Part shown: piece after piece, positions 1 to 9,607 of the stretch
Layout of the letters: every line of letters begins with the position of its first letter
How positions within the stretch are numbered: the first letter of the stretch is position 1
From: Desulfonatronovibrionaceae bacterium
GTDB lineage: Bacteria; Desulfobacterota; Desulfovibrionia; Desulfovibrionales; Desulfonatronovibrionaceae
Length of the DNA stretch: 45,349 bases
Reading direction: 5' to 3'
NCBI GenBank assembly: GCA_046539845.1
Contig: JBKHGE010000017.1
Span: forward strand, 1 to 45,349
Position numbers and translations under genes: made by a program
The notes under the pieces: generated by a model
Database searches by the model: none
What the model was told of the DNA's origin: nothing
The model's input: only the letters and a program-made list of their open reading frames with translations

Positions 1-60
1 GGCGACATGCCATACTCCTAATTTGGTGTCCAAACTAATTGTAACCCGGGCCACTCCGGC

Positions 61-285
61 TAAAACCTGATCCAATTTTTATGCAAGACTTTTTACATAC
101 ATTCCAAAATGTTAGATACACTATATAAAATACCAAACAAAAAAACGCTAAACAAAAGCATGGGACACTCATGGGACAGCGAGAAATAAAAAATACAATT
201 ATATCAAGGGACAAAAAATGATAATTTGGGACATTTATGGGACAGTAGCGTGGAAAAATAGGGGGAGACAAAAAGAAATGAGAAT
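61..285. mobile_element. Probable end (att-proximal arm) of an integrated element at the tRNA-Leu 3' end
   Basis: About 29% GC over 61-240 (hand count), much lower than the flanking core genes. Five GGGACA direct repeats. Lies directly downstream of the tRNA and its terminator. No integrase is visible inside the window. Confidence 0.5.
160..244 (+). repeat. Direct repeats GGGACA x5 (four are TGGGACA)
   Basis: GGGACA at 162, 173, 208, 228 and 239. The pairs 162/173 and 228/239 are each spaced 11 bp apart. Confidence 0.85.
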
Positions 286-320
286 AAAAACGGGGAGTCA
301 GGCATTAGCCTAACTCCCCG
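286..320 (-). terminator. Intrinsic terminator downstream of tRNA-Leu
   Basis: Minus-strand hairpin CGGGGAGTTAGGC-TAAT-GCCTGACTCCCCG followed by TTTTT. Confidence 0.8.
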
Positions 321-335
321 ATATTTATGATTTTA

Positions 336-424
336 TGGTGCCCGGGGCCGGACTTGAACCGGCACGAAGCATAGCTTCAAGGGATTTTAAGTCCCTGGCG
401 TCTACCAAATTCCGCCACCCGGGC
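336..424 (-). tRNA. tRNA-Leu (anticodon TAA), CCA encoded
   Basis: Reverse complement reads GCCCGGGTGGCGGAATTTGGTAGACGCCAGGGACTTAAAATCCCT...GGTTCAAGTCCGGCCCCGGGCACCA, giving an acceptor stem, D-loop GG, anticodon loop CTTAAAA, long variable arm, T-loop and CCA. Confidence 0.97.
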
Positions 425-457
425 CAAGGGTGCTTGTCAAAACAACAGAAGAATCAG

Positions 458-487
458 CCTATACCCCCGGCCGGACCGGTTAGTCAA
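458..487 (-). promoter_or_regulatory. Candidate sigma70 promoter for tRNA-Leu
   Basis: TTGACT-N18-TATAGG on the minus strand, about 35 nt upstream of the tRNA. Confidence 0.35.
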
Positions 488-537
488 CACGGTCCCGCAC
501 TCTGGTCTTCTGCCCCTTGTGCTGATAAAATCCGGCC

Positions 538-1851
538 ATGGCTTCTGCAGAAAAAAACAGGCCCAAAATGGTGGTCCTCGGGCTGGACGGGCTGCCTTTC
601 ACCCTGGCCCGAAGACTGGGCGAACAGGGCACATGTCCGAACATACATTCACTGCTTCAGTCCGGGAACGCCCATCCCATGCACGCGGAGCTCCCGGAAC
701 TCTCCCCGGTGAACTGGACATCATTCTACACGGCATCCGGCCCGGAAAAGCACGGCATATTCGGCTTCACCCGCCTTAACCCGAAGACTTATGCCACTGA
801 AATTGCCAATTTTAACCAGGTCGGAGCGGAAACCATCTTTGACCATTTGGGGGAAAAGGGACTCTACAGCAAGGTTATAAACCTGCCCAACACCTATCCG
901 GCCCGGCCCATAAACGGAATCCTTGTCTCCGGATTCGTGGCCCCGCAACTGGAAAACGCGGTATACCCTCCCCCGCTGGCGAACATTTTGCGCGGCAAGG
1001 GATACCGCTTGGAGGCGGATACCGTCTCCGGGAGCCGGGATCACGAATTTCTGCTAAGGGAAATAAACTCCACCCTGGACAGCCGCCTTATGGCCCTGGA
1101 TCTTTTGTGGCCGGATCTAGCCTGGGATCTCTTTGTCCTGGTCCTCACCGAGACCGACCGTTTGTTTCATTTCCTGTACCCGGCCCTGGAGGGAAAAAAC
1201 CACCCCCTGCACCGCGAATGCCTGGAGTGCATGAAAAAATGGGACCGGGCCGTGGGCCGTGTCCTGGAATACTACCAAGCCCTACCCGATCCCAAACGGC
1301 TTATCGTCCTTGCCGATCACGGGTTTACCCAGCTTAAACAGGAAGCAGACCTGAATGCCTGGCTGAAAACTGAAGGTCTTTTAGATTTTGAGTCCCGGCC
1401 CGAAAACGAACTGGACGCTCGAAGCATGTCCCCGGGAACCAAGGCCTTCTGCCTGGACCCGGGCCGTATCTTTATCCATGACCCGGAAAGGTTTACTCGC
1501 GGCTACGTGCAAAGCGCGGACAGGCAGGAGATCGCCCGGGAGATCAAAACCGGACTCGCCGGGCTCACCTGGAACGGGGAGAGGGTCATATCCGGAATAT
1601 ATTTTGGAGAAGAACTCTACCCCGGAGCGAAAGGCCCGCATGTCCCGGACCTCGTCTGCCTGCCCGCCTCCGGATTCGAGCTCAAGGGCAAATTTGACCG
1701 CCGGGAAACATTCGGGCTATTTAAACGCAGCGGCTGCCATACAGCAGACAACGCATTTTTCTATGACTCCGGCGGCACGGCCGTGGAGCGCACCCGGGAC
1801 GCCGGACAGGCGGTTGTGGATTTTTTCTCCTCTCCAAGAATAATCGTTTAG
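538..1851 (+). CDS. Alkaline phosphatase superfamily / type I phosphodiesterase-nucleotide pyrophosphatase protein
   Basis: Motifs LGLDG, ELSPVNWTSFYT (nucleophile Ser), TDRLFH, ADHGF and C-terminal GCH. Confidence 0.85.
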   Translation: MASAEKNRPKMVVLGLDGLPFTLARRLGEQGTCPNIHSLLQSGNAHPMHAELPELSPVNWTSFYTASGPEKHGIFGFTRLNPKTYATEIANFNQVGAETIFDHLGEKGLYSKVINLPNTYPARPINGILVSGFVAPQLENAVYPPPLANILRGKGYRLEADTVSGSRDHEFLLREINSTLDSRLMALDLLWPDLAWDLFVLVLTETDRLFHFLYPALEGKNHPLHRECLECMKKWDRAVGRVLEYYQALPDPKRLIVLADHGFTQLKQEADLNAWLKTEGLLDFESRPENELDARSMSPGTKAFCLDPGRIFIHDPERFTRGYVQSADRQEIAREIKTGLAGLTWNGERVISGIYFGEELYPGAKGPHVPDLVCLPASGFELKGKFDRRETFGLFKRSGCHTADNAFFYDSGGTAVERTRDAGQAVVDFFSSPRIIV

Positions 1852-1863
1852 CTAAAAAACTTT

Positions 1864-3969
1864 ATGTACCTTGATTATAAAAAACACTTAAATGCCGCGC
1901 AGTACGAGGCGGTAACCGCAGAAGACGGCCCGGCTCTGGTCATTGCCGGGGCGGGCAGCGGCAAGACCCGGACCGTGGTCTTTCGCATGGCCTATCTTGT
2001 AGAACGGGGCGTGGGCCCGGGAAACATCCTTCTTTTGACCTTCACCCGCAAGGCGGCCCAGGAAATGAAAAACCGGGCCGAGGAGCTTCTGCAGAAAAAA
2101 CTGACCACCTTAAGCGGGGGCACCTTTCACAGCTTCGCCTTTTCCATTCTGCGCAAATACTCCTCGGCTCTGGGCTATCCAAACGGCATAACCATTATGG
2201 ACAGCACCGATTCTGAGGACGCCATCAAGACGGTGAAGCAGGATCTGGATATAGGCAAAAAAGACCGCTCCTTTCCCAAGAAAAAGACCATCCTCGGCTT
2301 GTTGAGCAAATCCAGAAACAAGGAACTGGATCTGGAGAAAATTCTGGAGAAGGAGGCCTTTCATCTGCGCAATTACCTGGAGGACCTGCAGAAAATAAGC
2401 TCGGCCTACGCCGCCTTTAAAAAGGACCAGGGGCTTTTAGACTATGACGATCTCCTATTTGAGCTGGAGAGGCTGCTTATGGAGAATCCGGATATCCTGG
2501 AGCTTTTGCAGACCACGCACAAATACATCCTGGTGGACGAATATCAGGATACCAACCGGGTTCAGGCCAGACTGGTGAGGCTTCTGGCCGGGGAAGCCGG
2601 GAACGTGATGGCCGTGGGCGACGACGCCCAGTCCATTTACGGATTCCGCGGTGCGAACGTGCGAAACATCCTGGATTTCCCGGAACACTTCCCCGGCACC
2701 CGGGTGATAAAACTGGAACAGAACTACCGCTCCTGCCAGCCCATACTCTCGCTCACCAACCGCATCCTGGAAAACGCGGCGGAAAAATACGCCAAGGAAC
2801 TGCGCTCCGAACGCAAGGAAGGGGAAAAGCCGGATATCATCCGGGTCATAAACGACATGAGCCAGGCCCGGGTGGTCTTGGCCAAGATCGCCGAACTCTC
2901 CAGGATATACCCCATGCACGAGATCGCGGTTTTGTTCCGGGCCGGTTATCAGTCCTATTCCCTGGAGATGGAGCTGCAAAAGGCGGGAATCCCCTTTCAG
3001 AAATACGGCGGGATGCGATTTTCCGAGGCCGCGCACATAAAGGATGTTCTGGCCTATATGCGCCTGGTGGCCAATCCCACAGATCAGCTGGCCTGGACCC
3101 GGGCCCTGTCCTGCCTTCCGGGCATCGGCCCCAAGACGTGCAAAAAGATCTATACCTGCTTTCTGCGCGGGGAGCAGGAGCCGGTTAGAAAACTGTGCGC
3201 CAAAAACAGGGATCTGAAAAAGGTCATAAATATTCTGGATGATCTGCGTCTGAAGCAGGACCGGCCCAAGGAGATATTAAAAGAAATAATCGACCTTTAT
3301 CAGCCGATCCTGGAGGAGAAATACGCGGACGACTATCCCCGCAGGCAGCTCGGGCTGCAGGAACTTTCCCAGATCGTATCCTCGTACGACAATCTGGACC
3401 TGTTCCTGGCGGACATGTCCCTGGAAGTCCCGGAAGCAAAGCAGCGCGGCCAGGCCAAAGACGAGCTGGTCCTGTCCACAGTGCACTCGGCCAAGGGCCT
3501 GGAATGGTCCGCGGTCCTTCTTATCGATCTGGTGGAAGACAGGTTCCCCTCCAGACATGCCAACGCCAATCCGGAGGCAATGGAGGAGGAGCGCCGGCTT
3601 ATGTATGTGGCCTGCACCCGGGCCAGGGACTATCTGGGCCTATTCGTCCCGGAAAACATCTACAACCGCTCCCAGGAGACCTCCATCCCGGCCATGTCCA
3701 GTCCGTTCATCCAGGAACTCGCGGAATCGGCCGGAGAGACCTGCACGGAATGGCAGGAGACGTATTCCGGGGGCATCCAGGAAAAAAAGCCCATGCCTGA
3801 AGCAAAAAGGGGTAAAAGCACCGGGAACAGAACCGGCACCTTGTGCAATCATCAGATATTCGGCCGGGGCCAGATAATCGCCCATTTGCCGCCGAACAAA
3901 TACAAGGTCAATTTCCCGGGCCACGGTCTGAAAACGGTCATAGCCGACTACCTGCAGATGGAGAAATAA
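1864..3969 (+). CDS. ATP-dependent DNA helicase, UvrD/Rep/PcrA family
   Basis: AGAGSGKT Walker A, TFTRKAA, LVDEYQD, GDDAQSIYGFRGA, LEQNYRS, STVHSAKGLEW, EERRLMYVACTRA. Confidence 0.95.
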   Translation: MYLDYKKHLNAAQYEAVTAEDGPALVIAGAGSGKTRTVVFRMAYLVERGVGPGNILLLTFTRKAAQEMKNRAEELLQKKLTTLSGGTFHSFAFSILRKYSSALGYPNGITIMDSTDSEDAIKTVKQDLDIGKKDRSFPKKKTILGLLSKSRNKELDLEKILEKEAFHLRNYLEDLQKISSAYAAFKKDQGLLDYDDLLFELERLLMENPDILELLQTTHKYILVDEYQDTNRVQARLVRLLAGEAGNVMAVGDDAQSIYGFRGANVRNILDFPEHFPGTRVIKLEQNYRSCQPILSLTNRILENAAEKYAKELRSERKEGEKPDIIRVINDMSQARVVLAKIAELSRIYPMHEIAVLFRAGYQSYSLEMELQKAGIPFQKYGGMRFSEAAHIKDVLAYMRLVANPTDQLAWTRALSCLPGIGPKTCKKIYTCFLRGEQEPVRKLCAKNRDLKKVINILDDLRLKQDRPKEILKEIIDLYQPILEEKYADDYPRRQLGLQELSQIVSSYDNLDLFLADMSLEVPEAKQRGQAKDELVLSTVHSAKGLEWSAVLLIDLVEDRFPSRHANANPEAMEEERRLMYVACTRARDYLGLFVPENIYNRSQETSIPAMSSPFIQELAESAGETCTEWQETYSGGIQEKKPMPEAKRGKSTGNRTGTLCNHQIFGRGQIIAHLPPNKYKVNFPGHGLKTVIADYLQMEK

Positions 3970-3972
3970 GCG

Positions 3973-4971
3973 GTGCCAGTATCATATCCGGGCTATCCAG
4001 GTACTGATTCAAACAACAAAAACGAGCAGGACTATCTGGACCTCATCCGGGAACATTTCCCGCAAAACGGCCCGGGAATCGTCCTTGGCCCGGGGGACGA
4101 CTGCGCGGTTGTCTCCTGCCCGGATAAAATCTGCCTGACCACGGACACCCTGCAGCAGGACGTGCACTTCCGCACCTCGTATTTCCCGCCGCAGGCGATC
4201 GGACACAAGGCCCTGGCTGTCAGCTTGAGCGACTTGGCGGCCATGGGCGCCTTACCGAGCGGTTTTCTGCTCTCCCTGGTCCTTCCGGGCCCCGGACTCA
4301 AACAGGAGTTCTTCCGGGGCATCCTTGAGGGCATGTCCGGGCTGGCTGCTGAGCATAAGGTCCTTCTGGCCGGGGGCAACATCTGCAGTGGAAGAGACCT
4401 GGGCCTGACAGTCACCGCCTGGGGTGCGGCAGGAGACCATTTCTTGCTCCGCAGGGCGGCGCCCGGAGACATCCTCTTTGTCCTCGGGGAGATCGGGCTG
4501 GCCCGCACCGGCCTGCAAGTCCTGGAAAACGCCCCGGAACTGACAAACAACTACCCCCGGTCCCTGCAGGGCCTTTTTTATCCCCGTCCCCTGGTCAAGG
4601 AAGGACGGCAACTGGCCGAGCTGCCCTTTGTCCGGGGGCTTATGGATGTCTCCGACGGCCTGGCCGCGGACATTCCCCGCCTTCTGGGCCCTGGTCTGGG
4701 AGCGGAAATAGACCCCGATCTCCCGGTGCACCCAGAAACATCCGCATACGCAGAGCAAGCCGGAAAAAACCCCCTGAAATTCGCCCTGGCCGGCGGAGAG
4801 GACTACGCCCTGCTCGGGGCGGCCGAACCGGAAGGTGCCCGGCCCCTGGCAGAGATGTTCCCCGACTGTCTGGAAATCGGCCGGGTTTCAGACACGTTGG
4901 GACTGCGCCTCGGCAATGAGGACCTTTTTGAAACCGGATTTGATCACTTCAAAGATCACGGAGACAGATAA
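3973..4971 (+). CDS. thiL: Thiamine-monophosphate kinase
   Basis: GPGDDCAV, TTD, SDLAAMGA, DVSDGL, GGEDY and C-terminal GFDHF. Start codon uncertain. Confidence 0.92.
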   Translation: MPVSYPGYPGTDSNNKNEQDYLDLIREHFPQNGPGIVLGPGDDCAVVSCPDKICLTTDTLQQDVHFRTSYFPPQAIGHKALAVSLSDLAAMGALPSGFLLSLVLPGPGLKQEFFRGILEGMSGLAAEHKVLLAGGNICSGRDLGLTVTAWGAAGDHFLLRRAAPGDILFVLGEIGLARTGLQVLENAPELTNNYPRSLQGLFYPRPLVKEGRQLAELPFVRGLMDVSDGLAADIPRLLGPGLGAEIDPDLPVHPETSAYAEQAGKNPLKFALAGGEDYALLGAAEPEGARPLAEMFPDCLEIGRVSDTLGLRLGNEDLFETGFDHFKDHGDR

Positions 4972-4973
4972 AC

Positions 4974-5981
4974 ATGGCCGAACCAACCCTTAAGCAGATA
5001 GGCACGGCCCGCACCGCTTACAAATCCAGGTCCGAATGCCCCAGGCAGGGAACGGACGAGTGCCCGGAGGCGGAGATACATATCGCCCCGGAATATGCCC
5101 GGGCCCTGCATCGTGTGTACCCGGGCCAGGAAATAATGGTTGTCACCTGGCTGGACCGGGCGGACCGGGAAACTCTGCAGTGCAGACCGGGAGGGGACCC
5201 GGACCTTCCGGTACACGGCATATTCTGCACCAGATCCCCGAACCGGCCGAACCCTTTGGGCCTGCACCCGTGCACTGTCACCTCCATCCAGGGCAACACC
5301 CTGACAGTAGCCCGCCTGGAGGTGTTGGACGAAACGCCTGTGCTGGACATAAAGCCGGACATCCGTCCCCGGCTTGGAAGCCGGAATCTGGATCTGAATT
5401 TCCCGCAGCACCTGAGTAGCGAACTAATTTCCTGGGGGAGGAGACTCTGGGAACGCGGACTCTTAAGCGGATTCAACGGCAACCTGAGCATCCGCCTGGA
5501 AGACAGGATGCTTATCACTCGTTCCCAAGCGGTCAAAGGGGCGCTCATCCCGGCTGATCTGGCAGTTTTAGATATTGAGATGGGTTCTGTTCTGGCCGGG
5601 GAGGCCCCCTCCTCTGAGGCGGGCATGCACCTGGAGATCTACCGCAACCAGCCCCGGGCCGGGGCCGTGGTCCACACCCACCCGCCGCATATCCTGGCTT
5701 TGAATATAAGCGGGAGGCATCAGGAGATAGCCGGTATGCCCGTGTTTGAGAGCGGGACGTTCGCCTCCATTATGGGGAACGTAGCGGCCGGAGAACCGGG
5801 ATCTTTAGGGCTAGCCCGGGAGTGCGGGGAGAAAAGCAACCAGAAAAAGTGCCTCATTCTGGAGAGGCACGGGCTGACCTGCTGGGGCAAAGACATAAAG
5901 GAGGCGTGCGCCTTGAGCGAGGAGCTGGACGCCCTGGCCCAAATAGCCCTTGAGAGCGATTACGAACCCTACTCTGCATAA
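4974..5981 (+). CDS. Fusion protein: TsaA/TrmO-like SAM-binding domain plus class II aldolase/adducin domain
   Basis: N-terminal CPRQG, GIFCTRSPNRPNPLGL, TPVLDIKP. C-terminal GNLSIR, LITRS, PSSEAGMH, VVHTH, HGLTCWG. One continuous reading frame. Confidence 0.85.
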   Translation: MAEPTLKQIGTARTAYKSRSECPRQGTDECPEAEIHIAPEYARALHRVYPGQEIMVVTWLDRADRETLQCRPGGDPDLPVHGIFCTRSPNRPNPLGLHPCTVTSIQGNTLTVARLEVLDETPVLDIKPDIRPRLGSRNLDLNFPQHLSSELISWGRRLWERGLLSGFNGNLSIRLEDRMLITRSQAVKGALIPADLAVLDIEMGSVLAGEAPSSEAGMHLEIYRNQPRAGAVVHTHPPHILALNISGRHQEIAGMPVFESGTFASIMGNVAAGEPGSLGLARECGEKSNQKKCLILERHGLTCWGKDIKEACALSEELDALAQIALESDYEPYSA

Positions 5982-6082
5982 ACCCCGGTTTACCCGCATA
6001 AATCGGGCGCCCGGGCATGGGCGGGGAAAGGCGGGTATTCTTCGCAAGCGGCCCGGTTTTAATCGCGGGCCGCATAATCGAT

Positions 6083-6328
6083 CTAACTGCTCAGGCGCGC
6101 CTTTTCATACTCGTAGATAAAGGAAGCATATCCCTCGTAGTCAAAAAAATCGATCTTCTTTTCCCCGAAGTCCCCAAACAGGGTGAGGCGGTACACCCTG
6201 CCCGATCCCTCGTCCCGAATCTCTTCTGACTTGCCTTTAACTTGGGAAAGCGGGATTTTTTTGCTGAAAAACAAAAAACCGGGGACGCGGATACACTTGC
6301 AATCAGCATCAAAAGTAGCCTGGGCCAT
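6083..6328 (-). CDS. Small hypothetical protein (81 aa)
   Basis: AAGGAAGG Shine-Dalgarno before the ATG. Fills the gap between two genes. Protein-like composition. Confidence 0.65.
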   Translation of the reverse strand: MAQATFDADCKCIRVPGFLFFSKKIPLSQVKGKSEEIRDEGSGRVYRLTLFGDFGEKKIDFFDYEGYASFIYEYEKARLSS

Positions 6329-6500
6329 AATAACCTTCCTTCGTTTATAGTTTTCTACCCCTGCAAAAAGGGGGAACAGGCTATATCCAAACCGCGCTTT
6401 TCGGTTTGTCTTCAGCAGTTCGGGAATTTATTAGTCCTATCTGCTAGCACAAAAAAACAGCCGATTACAAGCCCGATTTTCAGTCCATCCCAAAATCCGG

Positions 6501-7670
6501 CTACAGCCCGCAGGCAGTTTTCAGGTCCTCGCCCGCGTCTGTTCGCTCCCAGGTGAACTCCACATCCTCGCGCCCGAAATGGCCGTAGCAGGAGGCCTTT
6601 TTGTATATGGGACGCAAAAGATCCAGCCTCTTCTGGATGAAATAGGGCCGTAGATCAAACACCTCTCGGACCGCTGCGGTAAGGACGTGGTCCGGCATCT
6701 GTCCGGTGCCCCCGGTGGCCACCAGAACAGACACCGGCTCGGCCACGCCTATGGCATAGGCGATCTGTACCTCGCAGCGCTCAGCCAGCCCGGAGGCGAC
6801 CACATTCTTGGCGATGTATCTGGCCATATACGCCCCGGAGCGGTCCACCTTAGACGGGTCCTTGCCTGAAAACGCCCCGCCGCCGTGATTGCCCATCCCG
6901 CCGTAGGTATCCTGGATAATCTTTCGGCCGGTAAGCCCGCAATCTGCCAACGGCCCGCCGGTGATGAATTTGCCCGTGGTATTGGTGAAAAAGCGCGTCT
7001 TTTTGTCCACCAGCTCTGGGGGAAGGACATGAAGAATGACTTGCTCCTTGACCGCATCGCACAGATCCACATACGAGATGTCTTTGTTGTGCTGGCAGGC
7101 CACGACCACATTGTCCACCCGGTGCGGTTTGCCGTTGGCATATTCTATGGACACCTCGGTCTTGCCGTCCGGGCGCAAAAAATCCAGCATCCCGCTTTTG
7201 CGCACATAGGCCAGGCGGCGGGACAACTTGTGCGCATAGTAGATGGGCGCGGGGATTAGGGTTTTGGTCTCATTGACCGCGAACCCGAACATCATCCCCT
7301 GGTCCCCGGCCCCCTGTTCCTCCGGACTCTTTCTGTCCACGCCCATGGCGATATCCGGAGACTGCTTGTCAATGGAGGAAATTACCGAGCAGGTCTCCCA
7401 GTCAAAGCCCATATCCGAGCTGTTGTACCCGATGTCGCGCACCGTCTCCCGGACCAGGTGCGGAAGGTCGGCATAGGCCGTGGTGCTTATCTCCCCGGCG
7501 ATAAAGGCCAAGCCGGTGGTGACCAGAGTCTCGCAGGCCACCCTGCCCCGGGGATCCTGATCCAGGATGGCGTCCAGGACTGCGTCAGATATCTGGTCCG
7601 CCACCTTGTCCGGGTGACCTTCGGTCACGGATTCGGAAGTAAAATAATAGCTGCTGTTACTGGCGATCAT
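6501..7670 (-). CDS. metK: S-adenosylmethionine synthetase
   Basis: [41 protein letters not shown]. Confidence 0.98.
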   Translation of the reverse strand: MIASNSSYYFTSESVTEGHPDKVADQISDAVLDAILDQDPRGRVACETLVTTGLAFIAGEISTTAYADLPHLVRETVRDIGYNSSDMGFDWETCSVISSIDKQSPDIAMGVDRKSPEEQGAGDQGMMFGFAVNETKTLIPAPIYYAHKLSRRLAYVRKSGMLDFLRPDGKTEVSIEYANGKPHRVDNVVVACQHNKDISYVDLCDAVKEQVILHVLPPELVDKKTRFFTNTTGKFITGGPLADCGLTGRKIIQDTYGGMGNHGGGAFSGKDPSKVDRSGAYMARYIAKNVVASGLAERCEVQIAYAIGVAEPVSVLVATGGTGQMPDHVLTAAVREVFDLRPYFIQKRLDLLRPIYKKASCYGHFGREDVEFTWERTDAGEDLKTACGL

Positions 7671-8319
7671 TGTCTCCTCCCGCTTTATTCCCCGGGTTGA
7701 TTATCCCCCCGGAGATAAGTAGTTTGAACGAATCCTCCACACTCATATTTAATTGAATTACGTCCTCCTCAGGGACAATGAGATAATAACCTGAGGTCGG
7801 ATTCGGCGTTGTCGGCACATACAGGTTTATCATGTTCTTTTCAGTCTTTTCCTGGATCTCGCCGGTGGCCGTCCCGGTGACATAGGCGAGGGAGTAGGCC
7901 CCGGACCTGGGGAACTCCACCAAAACCACCCGCTTGAACTCCCTGCCCGTGCCGCGGGCTACTGTCTCGATAAGCTGCTTTATGGACACATAGAACTTGC
8001 TGACCAGCGGGATGCGGAAGATAACCCGGTCCCAGACCCAGACCAGCTTACGGCCCAGGTAGTTACGGACCAGAAGGCCGGTGACAAACAGGATCACCAC
8101 CAGAAGGATCACCCCCATACCGGGCACGGGAAAGGGCAGGACATTGTCCGGCCGGTAGGGCTCGGGGATGATCAGCAGGATCTGGTCCAGCCAGCGGATG
8201 GAGAACTTCAGGAAATAGAAGGTGGCCGCCACCGGGGTCAGAAAAAGAAGTCCGGCCAGCAGATTGACCTTTAGGGCGTGCTTCACCGCCCGCAGAAAGC
8301 GCCTGGACAGACTAGCCAC
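7657..8319 (-). CDS. DUF502 family membrane protein
   Basis: Two hydrophobic helices, [24 protein letters not shown]. Confidence 0.88.
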   Translation of the reverse strand: MASLSRRFLRAVKHALKVNLLAGLLFLTPVAATFYFLKFSIRWLDQILLIIPEPYRPDNVLPFPVPGMGVILLVVILFVTGLLVRNYLGRKLVWVWDRVIFRIPLVSKFYVSIKQLIETVARGTGREFKRVVLVEFPRSGAYSLAYVTGTATGEIQEKTEKNMINLYVPTTPNPTSGYYLIVPEEDVIQLNMSVEDSFKLLISGGIINPGNKAGGDNDRQ

Positions 8320-8668
8320 AAGACACCTTCACCATTCGGTTGCTCTGGCCCACGAACACAAGCCTTGGTTTGTGCACAGGGATCTCCTGCCCGGAGAGCA
8401 GTCCATATACGGCAACTATCACCTTCTGTCCCACCTTACCTCTGTGCGCCGCCGCTCCGTTCAGACACATCTCCCCCCTGGCTCCGGAAATGGCGTAAGT
8501 GCTCAGCCTCTCCCCATTGTCCACATTATACACCTCCACCCGTTCATAGGGCAAAATGCCGGCCGCGCGCATCAGATCCGGGCAGATGGAAAGACTGCCC
8601 TCGTACTCCGGGTCCGCTCCGGTTATGGTCGCCCGATGGATCTTGCTCAAAAGGAAATACCTGTACAT
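8312..8668 (-). CDS. panD: Aspartate 1-decarboxylase
   Basis: SKIHRATIT, YEGS self-cleavage site, NGERLSTY, LNGAAA. Confidence 0.96.
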   Translation of the reverse strand: MYRYFLLSKIHRATITGADPEYEGSLSICPDLMRAAGILPYERVEVYNVDNGERLSTYAISGARGEMCLNGAAAHRGKVGQKVIVAVYGLLSGQEIPVHKPRLVFVGQSNRMVKVSCG

Positions 8669-8675
8669 TCGGTCC

Positions 8676-9521
8676 TCATTCTTGCAGCAGGATATTGTCG
8701 ATCAGCCTGGCCCGGCCGAGGCGCACAGCCGCTGCAGCCAATGCGCTTCCATTAATGTAATCCATGTCCGTCATCTCCCCGGGGTGGACTATCCTGCAGT
8801 ACTCCACCTCCCCGTCCGGGATATTGGTCCGGCAATGGGCATAAAAATCCTCGATCAGGGGCTTTGTCTCTCTTTCCCCGGCCGCAAACCTCTCGCGCAG
8901 GCGCAGAAGTCCGGCATATATATATCCGGCCTGCTCCCGCTGCCCGGCAGTAAGATAAGAGTTCCTGGAGCTCAGGGCCAGTCCGTCCGGCTCGCGTACT
9001 GTCGGCCGGCCCACTATCCGCACCGTCAGGTTCAGGTCCTGGACCATACGCCGGATCACAGCCAGCTGCTGCCAATCTTTACGCCCGAAGACCGCCATAT
9101 CCGGGCAGGTTATGTTCAGGAGCTTGAGGACCACAGTGGCCACGCCCCGGAAATGCCCGGGCCGGCTTTTTCCGCACAAATTGGCGCTCACCCCGGGCAC
9201 GTCGACCCAGGTGTCGAATCCGGGCGGATACATAAGCCCTGTTTCCGGGACAAAAAGCACGTCTGCGCCCTCTTTTTCAGCCAGCTCCCGGTCCCGGTCC
9301 AGAGTACGCGGATAGGAATTTAGATCCTCTCCGGGACCGAACTGGGCCGGGTTGACAAACAAGGACACAACCACAAACTCGCTGTTCGCCGCAGCCCAGC
9401 GGATAAGACTCAAATGGCCCTCGTGCAGACAGCCCATGGTCGGTACCAGGGCTGTTTCGCCCTCCCCGGAGATACGTAGACAATAGTCCTGAACCCTATT
9501 AGGATCGGTAAAAATCCGCAT
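8676..9521 (-). CDS. panC: Pantoate-beta-alanine ligase
   Basis: VPTMGCLHEGH, FVNPAQF, RPGHFRGV, FGRKD, LALSSRN, RLIDN. Start placed at the ATG of MRIFTD. Confidence 0.96.
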   Translation of the reverse strand: MRIFTDPNRVQDYCLRISGEGETALVPTMGCLHEGHLSLIRWAAANSEFVVVSLFVNPAQFGPGEDLNSYPRTLDRDRELAEKEGADVLFVPETGLMYPPGFDTWVDVPGVSANLCGKSRPGHFRGVATVVLKLLNITCPDMAVFGRKDWQQLAVIRRMVQDLNLTVRIVGRPTVREPDGLALSSRNSYLTAGQREQAGYIYAGLLRLRERFAAGERETKPLIEDFYAHCRTNIPDGEVEYCRIVHPGEMTDMDYINGSALAAAAVRLGRARLIDNILLQE

Positions 9522-9607
9522 ACGCGAAACACCCCTGAAACAAAACTTAATCAGGGCCAAATATACGCCAATGCCGAACCAATGTCTACGGACGGGCCTT
9601 GTTCAAA

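Noticed and set aside
160..244. GGGACA repeats as a CRISPR array
   Set aside because: Repeats are only 6-8 bp with irregular short spacing, and no cas genes are present.
35..271. 78-aa hydrophobic minus-strand ORF
   Set aside because: Low-complexity product of AT-rich repeat DNA, with a TTG start and no recognisable motif.
335..712. 125-aa ORF MVPGAGLEPARS...
   Set aside because: It is the antisense translation of tRNA-Leu running into the AlkP gene, a common spurious ORF.
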